Below are positions 10,375 through 20,249 of a stretch of DNA of 64,000 nucleotides, piece after piece. The DNA is from an uncultured Gemmatimonadaceae bacterium (lineage in GTDB: Bacteria > Gemmatimonadota > Gemmatimonadetes > Gemmatimonadales > Gemmatimonadaceae): positions 1 through 64,000 of the forward strand of contig CAVUDW010000001.1 of NCBI GenBank assembly GCA_963740355.1, read 5' to 3'. The position numbers and the translations under genes are program-made. A model generated the notes under the pieces. That model was not told the origin of the DNA. It was given only the letters and a program-made list of their open reading frames with translations, and made no database searches. The first letter of the stretch is position 1, and each line of letters starts with the position of its first letter.

Positions 10375-11505
10375 ATGGCTTCTCGACCCGCGCTCCCCGC
10401 GCTGACGGGGCTGCGGTTCATCGCGGCTGCACTCGTGGTGGGCTACCACGTGCATGCCATGATTCCGTCGCTCCGCGAGGCGCCGCTGCTGTCGTTTCTC
10501 GGTGCGGGATACAGTGGTGTGAGCCTGTTCTTCGTGCTCTCTGGTTTTGTGCTGACATACAACTATCTCGAGCCAGACGGCACCGGGATCGCGTCCCTTC
10601 GTGACTTCCTCACGGCACGCTTCGCCCGGATCTATCCACTGTACCTGCTCGGTGTCGCGATTGGCTTCCCGATCTTCCTGCGCGACCTGCAACGCGCAAG
10701 CGGGAACTCGCTCGTCATCGATGACGGCATTCCAATCACGGCCAGCGTGCTCACACTGCTGCAGGCATGGATTCCGCCGTACGCGTGCCGGCTGAACTGT
10801 CCCGGATGGTCACTGTCGGCTGAGGCATTTTTTTATGCACTCTTTCCTGTCGCCGGTGCCCTGCTCTGCCGAAAGAAGTCCTGGGCACTGTTCGTGATCG
10901 GTGCCGCCTGCTGGATGGTCGCGTGCGGCGTGGCGATCGCCTACGTCGTGGGCGACCCGGACGGACTGGGTCGTGCAACCGCAGCCAGCGACGCGACGCT
11001 AATCAATGCGCTCAAGTTCAACCCGCTGGTCCGATTCCCCGAGTTCCTGCTTGGCATTGCTGCTGGCCTCTGGTTCCTGCGCAACCCGCGCTCACTGACG
11101 AGCGTTGCAGCTCCACTCTCGATCATGACCCTGGCGGCCATCGTGGCGGTATTTTCGCTGCATGAGCGGTTGCCGTATCCGCTGATGCACAACGGCTTGC
11201 TGGCACCGCTGTTCACGCTCTTGATCCTCGCGCTGGCAACCGGTGCAGGGCCGATCGCACGCCTGCTCAGCGTCGCGCCGATGCGCCTGTTGGGCGAGGC
11301 ATCGTTTGCGCTCTACCTGCTGCACGTGGCCATCCTCGTCTACGTCATCAAGGGACTCGACCTCGTGGGACTGAGCATGGAGCGCACGCCAGCATTGCTG
11401 GTCGTTTACCTGGTGGTGGTGCAATCGCTCTCGATCATCGTACTGCAGCGAATCGAAGAACCTGCCCGTCGCGCCATCCGGCGCAGGTTCGCGACGCCGA
11501 GCTGA
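10375..11505 (+). CDS. Acyltransferase family 3 (OafA-like membrane O-acyltransferase)
   Basis: LTGLRF..A..V..H, GVSLFFVLSGF, RFARIYP, WSLS.E.FFY, LGE.SF.LYLLH. Confidence 0.9.
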   Translation: MASRPALPALTGLRFIAAALVVGYHVHAMIPSLREAPLLSFLGAGYSGVSLFFVLSGFVLTYNYLEPDGTGIASLRDFLTARFARIYPLYLLGVAIGFPIFLRDLQRASGNSLVIDDGIPITASVLTLLQAWIPPYACRLNCPGWSLSAEAFFYALFPVAGALLCRKKSWALFVIGAACWMVACGVAIAYVVGDPDGLGRATAASDATLINALKFNPLVRFPEFLLGIAAGLWFLRNPRSLTSVAAPLSIMTLAAIVAVFSLHERLPYPLMHNGLLAPLFTLLILALATGAGPIARLLSVAPMRLLGEASFALYLLHVAILVYVIKGLDLVGLSMERTPALLVVYLVVVQSLSIIVLQRIEEPARRAIRRRFATPS

Positions 11506-11538
11506 CTCTTGCGCGTGGCATGGTGGCGGGTGCCGCCG

Positions 11539-12909
11539 TCAGAAGAGCTGCGTGCCGTTGCCGAGATTGTCGAAGCCGCAGTCGAGCGCCCGGTTGAGGC
11601 AGTTCGAGACGAAGAGGTTCTGGGTGGCAGCATCCCACCCGGCAATCCATGTCGCATGGGCTGAGAGGCCGCCACGTCGTGTGGCGGGATCCCGATCAGT
11701 TGCGAGGCGCCACTGCGCTACCGACGACCCTGCCTTCACCGTGTAGTGCACGATCTGCGTGAGTTCCGGAAGCACTACCGGGTGCGTTGCCGGGCAGGCT
11801 GTCAAGGCGGGCGCGCGGCGGTAGACCGGATATGCCATGTGGCTGTGATGGTCGGGCGAATCGAGGTTCGTACCATCCCAACACTGCGGGAAATGAATCC
11901 GGAGTTGCACCTGGTCCCCGACGGCGCACTCGGGGATCATGCCATCATTGTAGACGTACTTGTCGCGACACAGCCATTCGACGGCGTAACGCTGTACGCC
12001 CGTCGCGCGTGGGTTGCCGGCGACCATCACCAGGCCTGCAGGGAACGGCTTGATGCTGAGAGGATCCATGTTGAAGCCGGTCTTGTAGTACGCGACCAGA
12101 TCTTCTGACGGCATCTGCACTTCACCCGTTCGCGCATCGATGATCGCGGGCAGGTAGTGGAGCGATCGGTTGAGCGTTCCGCCGTGGCAGGCCGAATTCC
12201 CGCTGCTCGCCACGGCGGTCGATGTCGCCGATCCGGCCGCGGTGGTATTGCCGAAGAACACATGCAGCGCGGAGCCCTTCGACTGCCCGCTGGCACCAAT
12301 GGGATCAGCGAATTCGAAGGCGGTCACCTGGCAGCTCGTGCGGAAGGTACCGGTGCCATCCGTCACGGTTCCGCTACCGCCGCTTCGTGATTGTGGCACG
12401 CTCACCCCTGGTGATCCCATCGGCACGTCGATCGTCGATGTCGCGAGCATGCCACCAGGCGTCGGATTGACGAGTGTGCGGAATTTCATTGGGCCGTAGT
12501 CGCACCGCAGCGACTGGAGCGGAGCCGGATTCCGGTTCTGGAATCCGTACACGGCGCAGGCCACCGATCCGAACGCCGTCTGCGAAACGAATGCGCCGGA
12601 AAGCGCGATCAGTCGGACCTCACGCAACCCGGTGAACTGGCAGACGGCGCCGGCGTCGGTGCAGTACGTCCAGCGCGTGCTGGACGCCGGCGCGTTTGAC
12701 GCAGGCGAGCTGCTGGGAGGCGGCGGGACCGGTGCCGCGGTACGCTTTGTCGACTGCGCACCAACATTGCGCAGGGCAGCGACGCACGCCATGGCGAGCA
12801 TCGCCATGATCCAAGTGGCAGTGCCTCGCGTTCGACGTCGTATCAGTGCAAGTATCAGGGGCATGGCGGCATCGAACGATGCGAGCGCGCGGTGGGAGCA
12901 TCCAGACAT
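11539..12909 (-). CDS. Secreted DUF1996-domain protein with an N-terminal Cys-rich module; start uncertain
   Basis: DPI...HVFFGN, NRS..Y.P, FPQCWDG.NLDSPDHHSHMAY, CP.THP; N-terminal hydrophobic stretch. Confidence 0.8.
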   Translation of the reverse strand: MSGCSHRALASFDAAMPLILALIRRRTRGTATWIMAMLAMACVAALRNVGAQSTKRTAAPVPPPPSSSPASNAPASSTRWTYCTDAGAVCQFTGLREVRLIALSGAFVSQTAFGSVACAVYGFQNRNPAPLQSLRCDYGPMKFRTLVNPTPGGMLATSTIDVPMGSPGVSVPQSRSGGSGTVTDGTGTFRTSCQVTAFEFADPIGASGQSKGSALHVFFGNTTAAGSATSTAVASSGNSACHGGTLNRSLHYLPAIIDARTGEVQMPSEDLVAYYKTGFNMDPLSIKPFPAGLVMVAGNPRATGVQRYAVEWLCRDKYVYNDGMIPECAVGDQVQLRIHFPQCWDGTNLDSPDHHSHMAYPVYRRAPALTACPATHPVVLPELTQIVHYTVKAGSSVAQWRLATDRDPATRRGGLSAHATWIAGWDAATQNLFVSNCLNRALDCGFDNLGNGTQLF

Positions 12910-13016
12910 CGGAAACGCCTGACCGACGCCACTGTCATAGGCATGACAAGGCGTCGGTCAGGCGTTTCAAGATGTCGTCGCGTCCGATTCAGGAACAGGG
13001 CGCGACGTGGGCCGGA

Positions 13017-14432
13017 TCAGGGGACATAGTCGAGCATGCGTCCGTCGCCGATGAAGCCGACCTGACAATCCTTCTGAGCGTTGAGGCAGTTGACCACGAA
13101 TGCCTTGTGCACTTCGGCATTCCAACCGTACATCCAGTCGGCGTGTGCGCCATAGCCGCCGCGTGACGATGCGGAGAGGGTGGTCATTTCGTTCGTCAGG
13201 CGCCACTTCGACATCACCGAGCCAGCCGGGATCTTCCAGGTGAAGATTTCCGTGATCGTCGGGATCTGGTACGGGTGCGTGCTGGGGCACTTCGATCCGT
13301 TCGTCGCGTTGCTGAAGATCGGATAGGCCATGTGTGACTGGTGATCTGGCGAGTCAAGATCGCGACCGTTCCAGCAGGCCGGGAAGTTGATGTGCAGGTT
13401 CACGCGGTCAGAGCCGTTGGTGTTGCAGTCCGGGATGCTGCCTGAGCCGACATACCGGCTCTCGCATGAATACTCGACGGCGTAGCCCTGGTCGCTGGTG
13501 GCGTTCTTGTTGCCAGCGATCATGCGCAGACCCTGCGGAATTTCGCGGATGTTCGCCGGATTCGACTGATAGCCGACCTTGTAGTAGATGATCAGGCTGT
13601 CCGATGCGAGCAGCTTGCCCGACTCGGTGACCATCAGCGGAACCCAGTAGGCCGTGCGGTTGGCGGTGCCACCCATGCAGGTGGAGTTGCCGCTCGCCAT
13701 CAAACTTTCCGGCGTGCTGTTCGGATTGATCGCCGTGTTGCCGTAGAAGGCGTGCGGGTGACCGACGCTGTTCTGGCCCGGGAAGACGATAGGATCGAAC
13801 GTGCCGGTCTTGGCGAGCAGGCAGATGAAGCGCACCGACGGTTCGCCGCTGGTGCCAGCACCGCGCCACTGACCGGTCTTGATCTTTTCGTAGCTCACAC
13901 CGGCGTTGTACATCACCTCACCAACCACCGGAATCGGCGTGGAACTGGCGTGGGCGTCGGCGTTGGGAACGGGTGTCGGCATCGGTGTTGGGACCGGCGT
14001 CGGCGTCGGGGTGGTGGTCGGGTCAGGCGTCGACGGTGTCGTGACGTCGGTTCCACCCGTGATCGTGATGGACTTTGCACCCGCCAGTAGCCTGAGGCGG
14101 CACCAACCAACACGCGACCCGTACGACGGCGCGCCGTCACGATACCTGTCTGTGTGACGATGCCATCGACGTATCTGCACTCTTCCAGAAAAGTGAAGCG
14201 CCATTCACGAGGCGTCCACGACGGTCGTACACCTTGGCAACCAATTGCAGCTTCGTGCCGCGGCGATGGTGTCGACTCAGTGGTGATGATGAGACGACGA
14301 CGGACGGACCACGCACGGCGAGGCAAGACTTCGGGTGGTTGAGTCCGGGGCGCCTGGGTTGTCTGAGCAACCGGCGAGTGCGAGCGCTGAAGTCAGCAGC
14401 CCGTAGGCAGCTGAACGCGAGCGAGTACGCAT
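13017..14432 (-). CDS. Lipoprotein with Ig-like (Big_2) domain, Pro/Thr linker and DUF1996 domain; 5' part broken by several frameshifts (about 14080-14330)
   Basis: Intact DUF1996 part (DPIVFPG..HPHAFYGN, NRTAYWVP, FPACWNG.DLDSPDH.SHMAY, HADW). Lipobox LALAGC from ATG 14432 and Ig-like fragments lie in different frames. Confidence 0.72.
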
Positions 14433-14673
14433 GGCAGAAATCCGCGGTAGATGAGTAGCCATCCGGCGGCCCGACTGACATAGCGATTCCACCCCATTGC
14501 GGAAACGCCGTAGTCTCGTGGCTTTGCGTCGCCGGCTTTCGCCGGTTTTGCCTTTGTCATGCGCCCTGTCTCCAGGAAGCACGATCTGCCTTCTGCTCAC
14601 TCGTGTTGAGTGGGTCACCCAGCGTTCGTCTGAAACGAAAGCCGTGACGCTGATATAACCCGACACTGCCTTT

Positions 14674-14690
14674 TGCAACTTGTGTACCAG
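14674..14690 (-). promoter_or_regulatory. Putative sigma-54 (-24/-12) promoter for the DUF1996 genes
   Basis: Minus strand CTGGTACACAAGTTGCA: GG-N10-GC spacing, close to consensus TGGCAC-N5-TTGCW, intergenic, about 240 nt upstream of ATG 14432. Confidence 0.6.
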
Positions 14691-14979
14691 AGCAAAACGA
14701 CAGCGACCTGAGCCATTCGCGTCCAAGGCTACGACGACCTGTCGCGTGCCTTGTAACCAAGCTCGACCATACGGACTGTTTTCTTGACTCGCTCGCTCCA
14801 AGTCAGTGCAAGCCGCAGGCCCGACGGCCTCGGCCGACTCGGCGCATCGCCTCGTACCGGGAGCCCCCTGACATCACCCGCTTCCGGCAGTTCTACTTTA
14901 AGGAGCGACTAATCTCGTTTCCTTCCGTGGAGCGCCCGGTGATGGCGCCCACGTGTGCCTTCCTGCCGCCCGCGCCGTC

Positions 14980-16692
14980 ATGCGTACCGATCTCCTCAGC
15001 CGACTCACCCGCTTCTCCGCGCTCTTCATCCTCGGCTGCGGCAGCAGCAGCGCCACGCCGGGTGACGCACCACCAGAACCACCGGCCGCTGCCGACATCG
15101 CGTTCACCATCAACGCCAGCAGCACCTTCGCCATTTCGCGCTACATCTACGGCGGCAACTTCCTCGAGTCGTCCTCGACGTTCGGCGGCGCGACGCCACC
15201 AGCCGAGATGACACTCAATCGCATGGGTGGCAACCGACTCACGGCGTACAACTGGGAGAACAATTACAGCAACGCCGGCAACGACTACGAATTCCACAAC
15301 GACGAATTCCTCAGCTCGAGCGGCACGCCCGGCCAGGCCGTCAAGACCCGCGCGAATTTCGCCTTCTCGCATGGACAAGCGTTCATGGCGACGGTGCCGA
15401 TGATCGGATACGTGGCAGCCAATGCATGCGGCTGCAACGTCGGCGTGACCGATGCCGATCGCACGAACCGACTGGCGACGCACTTCCGTGTCAGCAAGGC
15501 ATTCAAGGGCAGTCCCTTCACCCTGTCGCCAAACGCTGGCGACGCCTTCGTCTATCAGGACGAATTCGTGAACTGGTTCGAGAACACCTTCCCCGGGCGC
15601 TCCACGCATGCCACGGCACCGGTGTTCTACTCCCTCGACAACGAAGTCGACATCTGGCATTCCACGCACGAAGAAATCAACAGCAACATCGGCGACAACA
15701 AGGACAAGCCGCGCCTGCAGACATACAAGGGGCTCACCGACACGAGCATCGTCTACGCGCGTGCGATCAAGTCAGTCGCGCCGAACGCACTGGTCTTCGG
15801 TCCGGCGGTCGCCACCTACGCCGGCATCGCCGTGCTCGGACGATATCCGACGCCAGACCCGGACTACGGCACGCAGAACTTCGTCGATGTCTACCTCGAT
15901 CGCATGAAGGCGGCCGAAGCGACCTATGGAAAGCGCCTCCTCGATGTGCTGGATGTCCACCACTATCCCGCCATCGGCACCCGTGGCGGCGAAATCACCA
16001 ATGACTATGCACCGCAGGACAGCGCGACGATCTGGGCGCGTGTGCAAGCCCCGCGTTCGCTCTGGGACCCCACCTTCGATGAACAGAGCTGGGTGTCCGG
16101 CGTCACCGCAGGGCCGATCCGACTGCTGCCGCGGCTGAAGGCACAGATCGCGGCACACTACCCGGGCACGAAGATCGCCATCACCGAATACTTCTTCGGC
16201 CGCGGCGGTGACATTTCTGGTGGCATCGCGCAAGCCGACGCGCTCGGCGTGTTCGGTCGCGAAGGGGTGTTCGCTGCGGCCATGTGGCCACTCGCAGGCA
16301 TCTATGCGCAGCCGTGGGCAGGTGATGGTACCAAGGCCTACGCCTACGCGTTCGCAGCCTTCAAGATGTTCCGGAACTACGATGGCGCCGGCGGCATGTT
16401 CGGCGACACCGGACTCCAGGCGACCACCAACAACGTCGCCGCCAGCTCAGTCTATGCGAGCCGCGACAGCGCGGGCAACATCGTCATCATCGCGATCAAC
16501 AAGACCAACACGGCTCGACCCGCACGCATCACGATCAGTGGGGCGACGAACCTCAAGACGGCGAAGTCATGGGCGCTCACCGGCGCGTCTCCCACGCCAG
16601 CTCGCCAGCCGGAGATCGCTCTCGACGGCAGTGGAAGTTTTTCGTACCCGATGCCAGCCCTCAGCGTCACGACCATCGTCCTCACGCCGTAG
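14980..16692 (+). CDS. Glycoside hydrolase family 44 lipoprotein (EpsB-like)
   Basis: Lipobox ILGC; R.GGNRLTAYNWENNYSNAGND, SLDNE (acid/base), LLDVLDVH.Y, YPGTKIAITEY (nucleophile). Confidence 0.9.
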   Translation: MRTDLLSRLTRFSALFILGCGSSSATPGDAPPEPPAAADIAFTINASSTFAISRYIYGGNFLESSSTFGGATPPAEMTLNRMGGNRLTAYNWENNYSNAGNDYEFHNDEFLSSSGTPGQAVKTRANFAFSHGQAFMATVPMIGYVAANACGCNVGVTDADRTNRLATHFRVSKAFKGSPFTLSPNAGDAFVYQDEFVNWFENTFPGRSTHATAPVFYSLDNEVDIWHSTHEEINSNIGDNKDKPRLQTYKGLTDTSIVYARAIKSVAPNALVFGPAVATYAGIAVLGRYPTPDPDYGTQNFVDVYLDRMKAAEATYGKRLLDVLDVHHYPAIGTRGGEITNDYAPQDSATIWARVQAPRSLWDPTFDEQSWVSGVTAGPIRLLPRLKAQIAAHYPGTKIAITEYFFGRGGDISGGIAQADALGVFGREGVFAAAMWPLAGIYAQPWAGDGTKAYAYAFAAFKMFRNYDGAGGMFGDTGLQATTNNVAASSVYASRDSAGNIVIIAINKTNTARPARITISGATNLKTAKSWALTGASPTPARQPEIALDGSGSFSYPMPALSVTTIVLTP

Positions 16693-16713
16693 CAGCGCGT
16701 GAGGACGGGTGCG

Positions 16714-17535
16714 TCACCGTGGAATCGACTGCACCCAGCGATCGAGTCGCGTCAACAGCTCGGCGCGCTTTTGTGCGCTCGTGAAGACGTGATCGGCCGA
16801 ATACATCGTCTCGACCTCGATCTGCGACTCGGGCGCGCCAGGACCGAGCGTCTCGAACACCTGGCGCGGTGAGTTGAACCGGAAGTAGACCCCGCCGCTG
16901 TACACGAACAGCAGCCGTGCGCCGCGCGATGTCATCGCAAGCACATCCTTCCGGAACTGCGCCTCCGTGGGGTACTCGCGTTCAAAGACCGATTGTCCAT
17001 CGGTGTCCGAAATCAACGGACGATCACCACGCACGCGACGCTGGAGAAATCGCACCCAGCGTCCAAGCTGGAGCGGTCGCACGACGTAGTGTCGCACCTT
17101 GAAGCCGGTGCTCGGGTACGCGTAGCCGTCAATGAAGGCCGCCCCCACCACGCGCGGGTCGGTCGACGCGGTCGCGTGCGTGCTGTCGACACCGGAACAG
17201 AGACCGATCAACACGAACTCAGTGATACCGAGTGTCTCGGTGAGGAACTGCATCGCGTCGTCGAGATCGCGCGCTGCGCGAGCAGCCGGCGTCGGCGCGT
17301 CATGCCGCGGCGCACTATCGCCCATGCCCGCCAGGTCGAAGCGAAGCACGGGAAAGCCACTCGCCGCCAGCTTGCGCGCCAGCTCGACATAGATGCGGAA
17401 CGGGCCAACACGGTGATGCATGCCGATGTTCGACACGATCACGGCGCGGGCCGCACCCCGGGCTGGCGTCTTCGGCTCACTCAGCACACCGACCAGGCCA
17501 CCATGCGCGCCGAAGACGACCGCACGTTCGTTCAC
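16714..17535 (-). CDS. Alpha/beta-hydrolase-fold protein with Cys at the nucleophile elbow (similar to exosortase-A-associated hydrolase 1)
   Basis: HHRVGPFR.YV.LAR, LRFDLAGMGDS, GLCSG elbow, C-terminal ADHVF. Confidence 0.8.
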   Translation of the reverse strand: MNERAVVFGAHGGLVGVLSEPKTPARGAARAVIVSNIGMHHRVGPFRIYVELARKLAASGFPVLRFDLAGMGDSAPRHDAPTPAARAARDLDDAMQFLTETLGITEFVLIGLCSGVDSTHATASTDPRVVGAAFIDGYAYPSTGFKVRHYVVRPLQLGRWVRFLQRRVRGDRPLISDTDGQSVFEREYPTEAQFRKDVLAMTSRGARLLFVYSGGVYFRFNSPRQVFETLGPGAPESQIEVETMYSADHVFTSAQKRAELLTRLDRWVQSIPR

Positions 17536-18353
17536 GAGCCACTCCGGGCGAGGAATGTGGTGATGGCCACGGGGATGTTGTGTGACAGTAGCGTGTCGGC
17601 AGGATGGCGACCCGGCGCGTACATGGCCGGATCATCCACGCGCTCGACGGTCACCTTCAGCCCTGCCTCGATCAGACGCTGCTCGAGCGCGGATTGCGCC
17701 GGCGTAAACGCAGCACCGATCAGCAGCAGCCGATCGATCCGACCGACTTCCTCCTGCAACAAGTCGAGGCTGGCCATGTCTGCACGAACGTGGTCAGGAA
17801 ATGCATAGCCCATCACTTCCCCGTCGATACGATGATTCGGCTCCGGGTAGTTCAGCATGCGGAGGCGCACATCTTCGCTGGCATCGAGGGTGGCGACATA
17901 CTCCGTACCCGAGACCACCGGATCCCAGAGCACGAGGTCGCGCACCTTCACGCCCGACGCGCTCGCACGCAGCGCGACGGCGGCCCCGATCCGTGTCCCA
18001 ACCAGCGAGATGCGACGAATCCCCGCCAGGTCGCGCAGCTCGGAGACGGCCGTGCCCACATCTTCCGTCCACTGCGCCAGCGAACCTTCTGTGGCGTCGC
18101 CGTACGAATCACCGGTGCCGAAGTAGTCAAATCGTAGCACATGGAACCCTGCCGCTGCCAGCAGGCCGGCAAGCTTCTGGAAGGCCCAGTGCACCTGACT
18201 GTACTCGTGCGGGCCGGGATAGCAGAGGACGACGCCAGCATCGCGGATCGTCGCTCCGTCTGGAGCATGGTAGATCCCGAACAACTGGCGATCGGGCGAT
18301 CCGAAGAATCGCGGGACGATCTCAGAAGATTTCATGCTGGCGACGCTCGTCAC
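17532..18353 (-). CDS. Alpha/beta-hydrolase-fold protein with Arg at the nucleophile elbow (similar to exosortase-A-associated hydrolase 2)
   Basis: LRFDYFGTGDS.GD, GTRIG elbow, LVLWDPVVSG; 4-nt overlap with the next gene. Confidence 0.8.
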   Translation of the reverse strand: MTSVASMKSSEIVPRFFGSPDRQLFGIYHAPDGATIRDAGVVLCYPGPHEYSQVHWAFQKLAGLLAAAGFHVLRFDYFGTGDSYGDATEGSLAQWTEDVGTAVSELRDLAGIRRISLVGTRIGAAVALRASASGVKVRDLVLWDPVVSGTEYVATLDASEDVRLRMLNYPEPNHRIDGEVMGYAFPDHVRADMASLDLLQEEVGRIDRLLLIGAAFTPAQSALEQRLIEAGLKVTVERVDDPAMYAPGRHPADTLLSHNIPVAITTFLARSGS

Positions 18354-18377
18354 GTGCGTACCCGGGCGACAATTGTG

Positions 18378-19304
18378 TCAAACATTGCGAACGCCAGCCT
18401 TTGGAAGTCGAACCGAAGTGAATACATGTTCATCTTCGACGCAGAAGTCCGCCGTCAGCAACGTTCCGGAGTCGATCCCGGCTCCGAGGGATTCGACGAC
18501 CCGAAGCGCCATCGCTCCGCGTGCCACGTCGACCCATTCGACGGCAACCGCGTCGAAATCGAAAAATACACCCGTGATCGGGTGGAGGCACTTGTAGACA
18601 CTTTCCTTGGCGCTGAAGACGGCTGTGACAAAGGTGCGCCAATCCAGCCGCGCCGTAGGGTCGCCACGGCGGCCGATTGCGTCGCCTTCGGGGAGGACCC
18701 GGCCGAGAATGTCCTCGACGGCCGCATCATTCATCACGCGCTCGCAGTCGATCCCGATCCCGAGCGTCACCGACGCCCACGCGGCCACAGCGACGGCAAT
18801 GCGCGGGGAATGCGAGATCGAGCCCACGATCCCGGCCGGCCACACGGGTGCACCGAGCGCCCCGATCGGCAGCGGCTCGCGAATCAGCGCTGGCTCGCCG
18901 GTGAGCGAAAGAATCGCCTGCGCCGCACAGTGCCGGCCGGCGAGGTAGCCGCGCGCCCGTGACCGAACCGCGCGACCGAGCGACGAGGGAACGTCGTACC
19001 GGCACCGCTCGACGCGACCCGCGCGTGCTAAACGATCCGCATGCTCCGCGCCGCTATGGCCGGCTGCGTCGTTCCTCGCATCGATTTCGTGGAGGCTGAC
19101 AGCGTGTGTGGCGCCGAGCCCCCGGAATAATGCCGGAACCGGACGCGCCCCGAACAGTCGCAGGGTTTCTCCGAGACTGGGCGCGGCCGGCGCGCCCGTC
19201 GGGGCTTGCGCTGCCGTGCCCAGCCCTAGATTCGCGCAGACGGCGTCGCTGTGAACGCGATCCGCTCCCCCGCCCGACCCCTGTTCCGCCGCGTCACTCT
19301 GCAT
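18378..19304 (-). CDS. 4'-phosphopantetheinyl transferase (EntD/Sfp-type); true start may be downstream of 19304
   Basis: YLAGR.CA, P.WP.G..GSISHS, GIGIDCE, FSAKESVYK motifs. Confidence 0.88.
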   Translation of the reverse strand: MQSDAAEQGSGGGADRVHSDAVCANLGLGTAAQAPTGAPAAPSLGETLRLFGARPVPALFRGLGATHAVSLHEIDARNDAAGHSGAEHADRLARAGRVERCRYDVPSSLGRAVRSRARGYLAGRHCAAQAILSLTGEPALIREPLPIGALGAPVWPAGIVGSISHSPRIAVAVAAWASVTLGIGIDCERVMNDAAVEDILGRVLPEGDAIGRRGDPTARLDWRTFVTAVFSAKESVYKCLHPITGVFFDFDAVAVEWVDVARGAMALRVVESLGAGIDSGTLLTADFCVEDEHVFTSVRLPKAGVRNV

Positions 19305-20200
19305 GACTCTCCTACGACGCATTCTCGTCGCCGCCATCACGCTGTTCGTCGCCTGGCAGCTGTTCCACGGTGCGAGAGCGGCGCGATTCGAATACGCCAT
19401 CTTCCGCACCCCACGCAGCGTACCGTCCCGCCCGCCAGACGCGGAGGAACTTGGGCTGCAGGACGTGGAATTTCCATCCGCCGACGGCACGACTCTCAAA
19501 GGGTGGTATCTCCCCTCGAGCAACGGTGCCGCCATGGTGGTCGTGGGAGGAAGCGCTTCCACCCGTGACGGGATGCTGGATCACGCGCGGCTGCTCCATT
19601 CGGGCGGAACCGGCGTTCTGCTGTTCGACTGGCCTGGGTGCGGCGAGAGCGGCGGCCAGATCGGGGTCGGGCCGGGCGAACGGGCCGCCGTGTCTGGCGC
19701 CATCGGCTTCGTGGCCCAGCAGCCGGATGTTCGCGACGGAAGGATCGGGCTGCTCGGCTTCTCCCTGGGCGCCCACATGTCGTTCTTCGTGGCGGCCGCC
19801 GACTCGCGCGTCAGGATGCTGGTCGTTGAAGGCGTCTTCAGTGATCCGTGGAAGCAGGGCCTGGCGGAGTACCGCGATGGCGGCGTTGCAGCGCAGTGGG
19901 GTGCGCTGTTCGGTGACCTCCTTGGTGGGATGGACCGCAAGGTACTCGACGCTGCCGCGGCAGCAGCCGGCATCGCGCCGCGGCCATTCCTGGTCGTGGC
20001 CGGCGGCGCTGACCGCACGGTTCCGGTCGAACTCTCCCGGCAGATTTTCGACCTCGCCCGAGAACCAAAGAGTTTCTGGCTGATCGAGGGCGCCGGCCAC
20101 GGCGAATACCTGACCGCCGATCACGACCTACGGACCACGACTTCGACAGTTCGTCGAAGGGGCACTGGCCGCGACCGATGGCCGAGCCAGCACCCCCTGA
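19303..20200 (+). CDS. Membrane-anchored Ser alpha/beta hydrolase with an apparent +1 frameshift near 20120-20125 (as-is ORF runs to 20334)
   Basis: N-terminal TM; GFSLG / D(RTVP) / GAGH triad. The alternative frame gives a typical terminal helix TYGPRLRQFVEGAL...TGA at 20200. Confidence 0.78.
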
Positions 20201-20249
20201 CGTTTTTCCTGGACTCACCACGCAGGACGCCGCGTTACTCGTGGTCGGG

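Noticed and set aside
13940..14050. Short GTCGGC/GGTGT-type tandem repeats
   Set aside because: They encode the Pro/Thr linker; not a CRISPR array or VNTR. No CRISPR array was seen anywhere in the window
14277..14801. 174-aa ORF ending in SSSHHHH
   Set aside because: Only the part from ATG 14432 (signal peptide) looks real; the His run is out-of-frame read-through after a frameshift
19305..19562. N-terminal extension of the 394-aa PPTase ORF
   Set aside because: Overlaps the plus-strand hydrolase gene and has no PPTase features; the start must be at or below 19304
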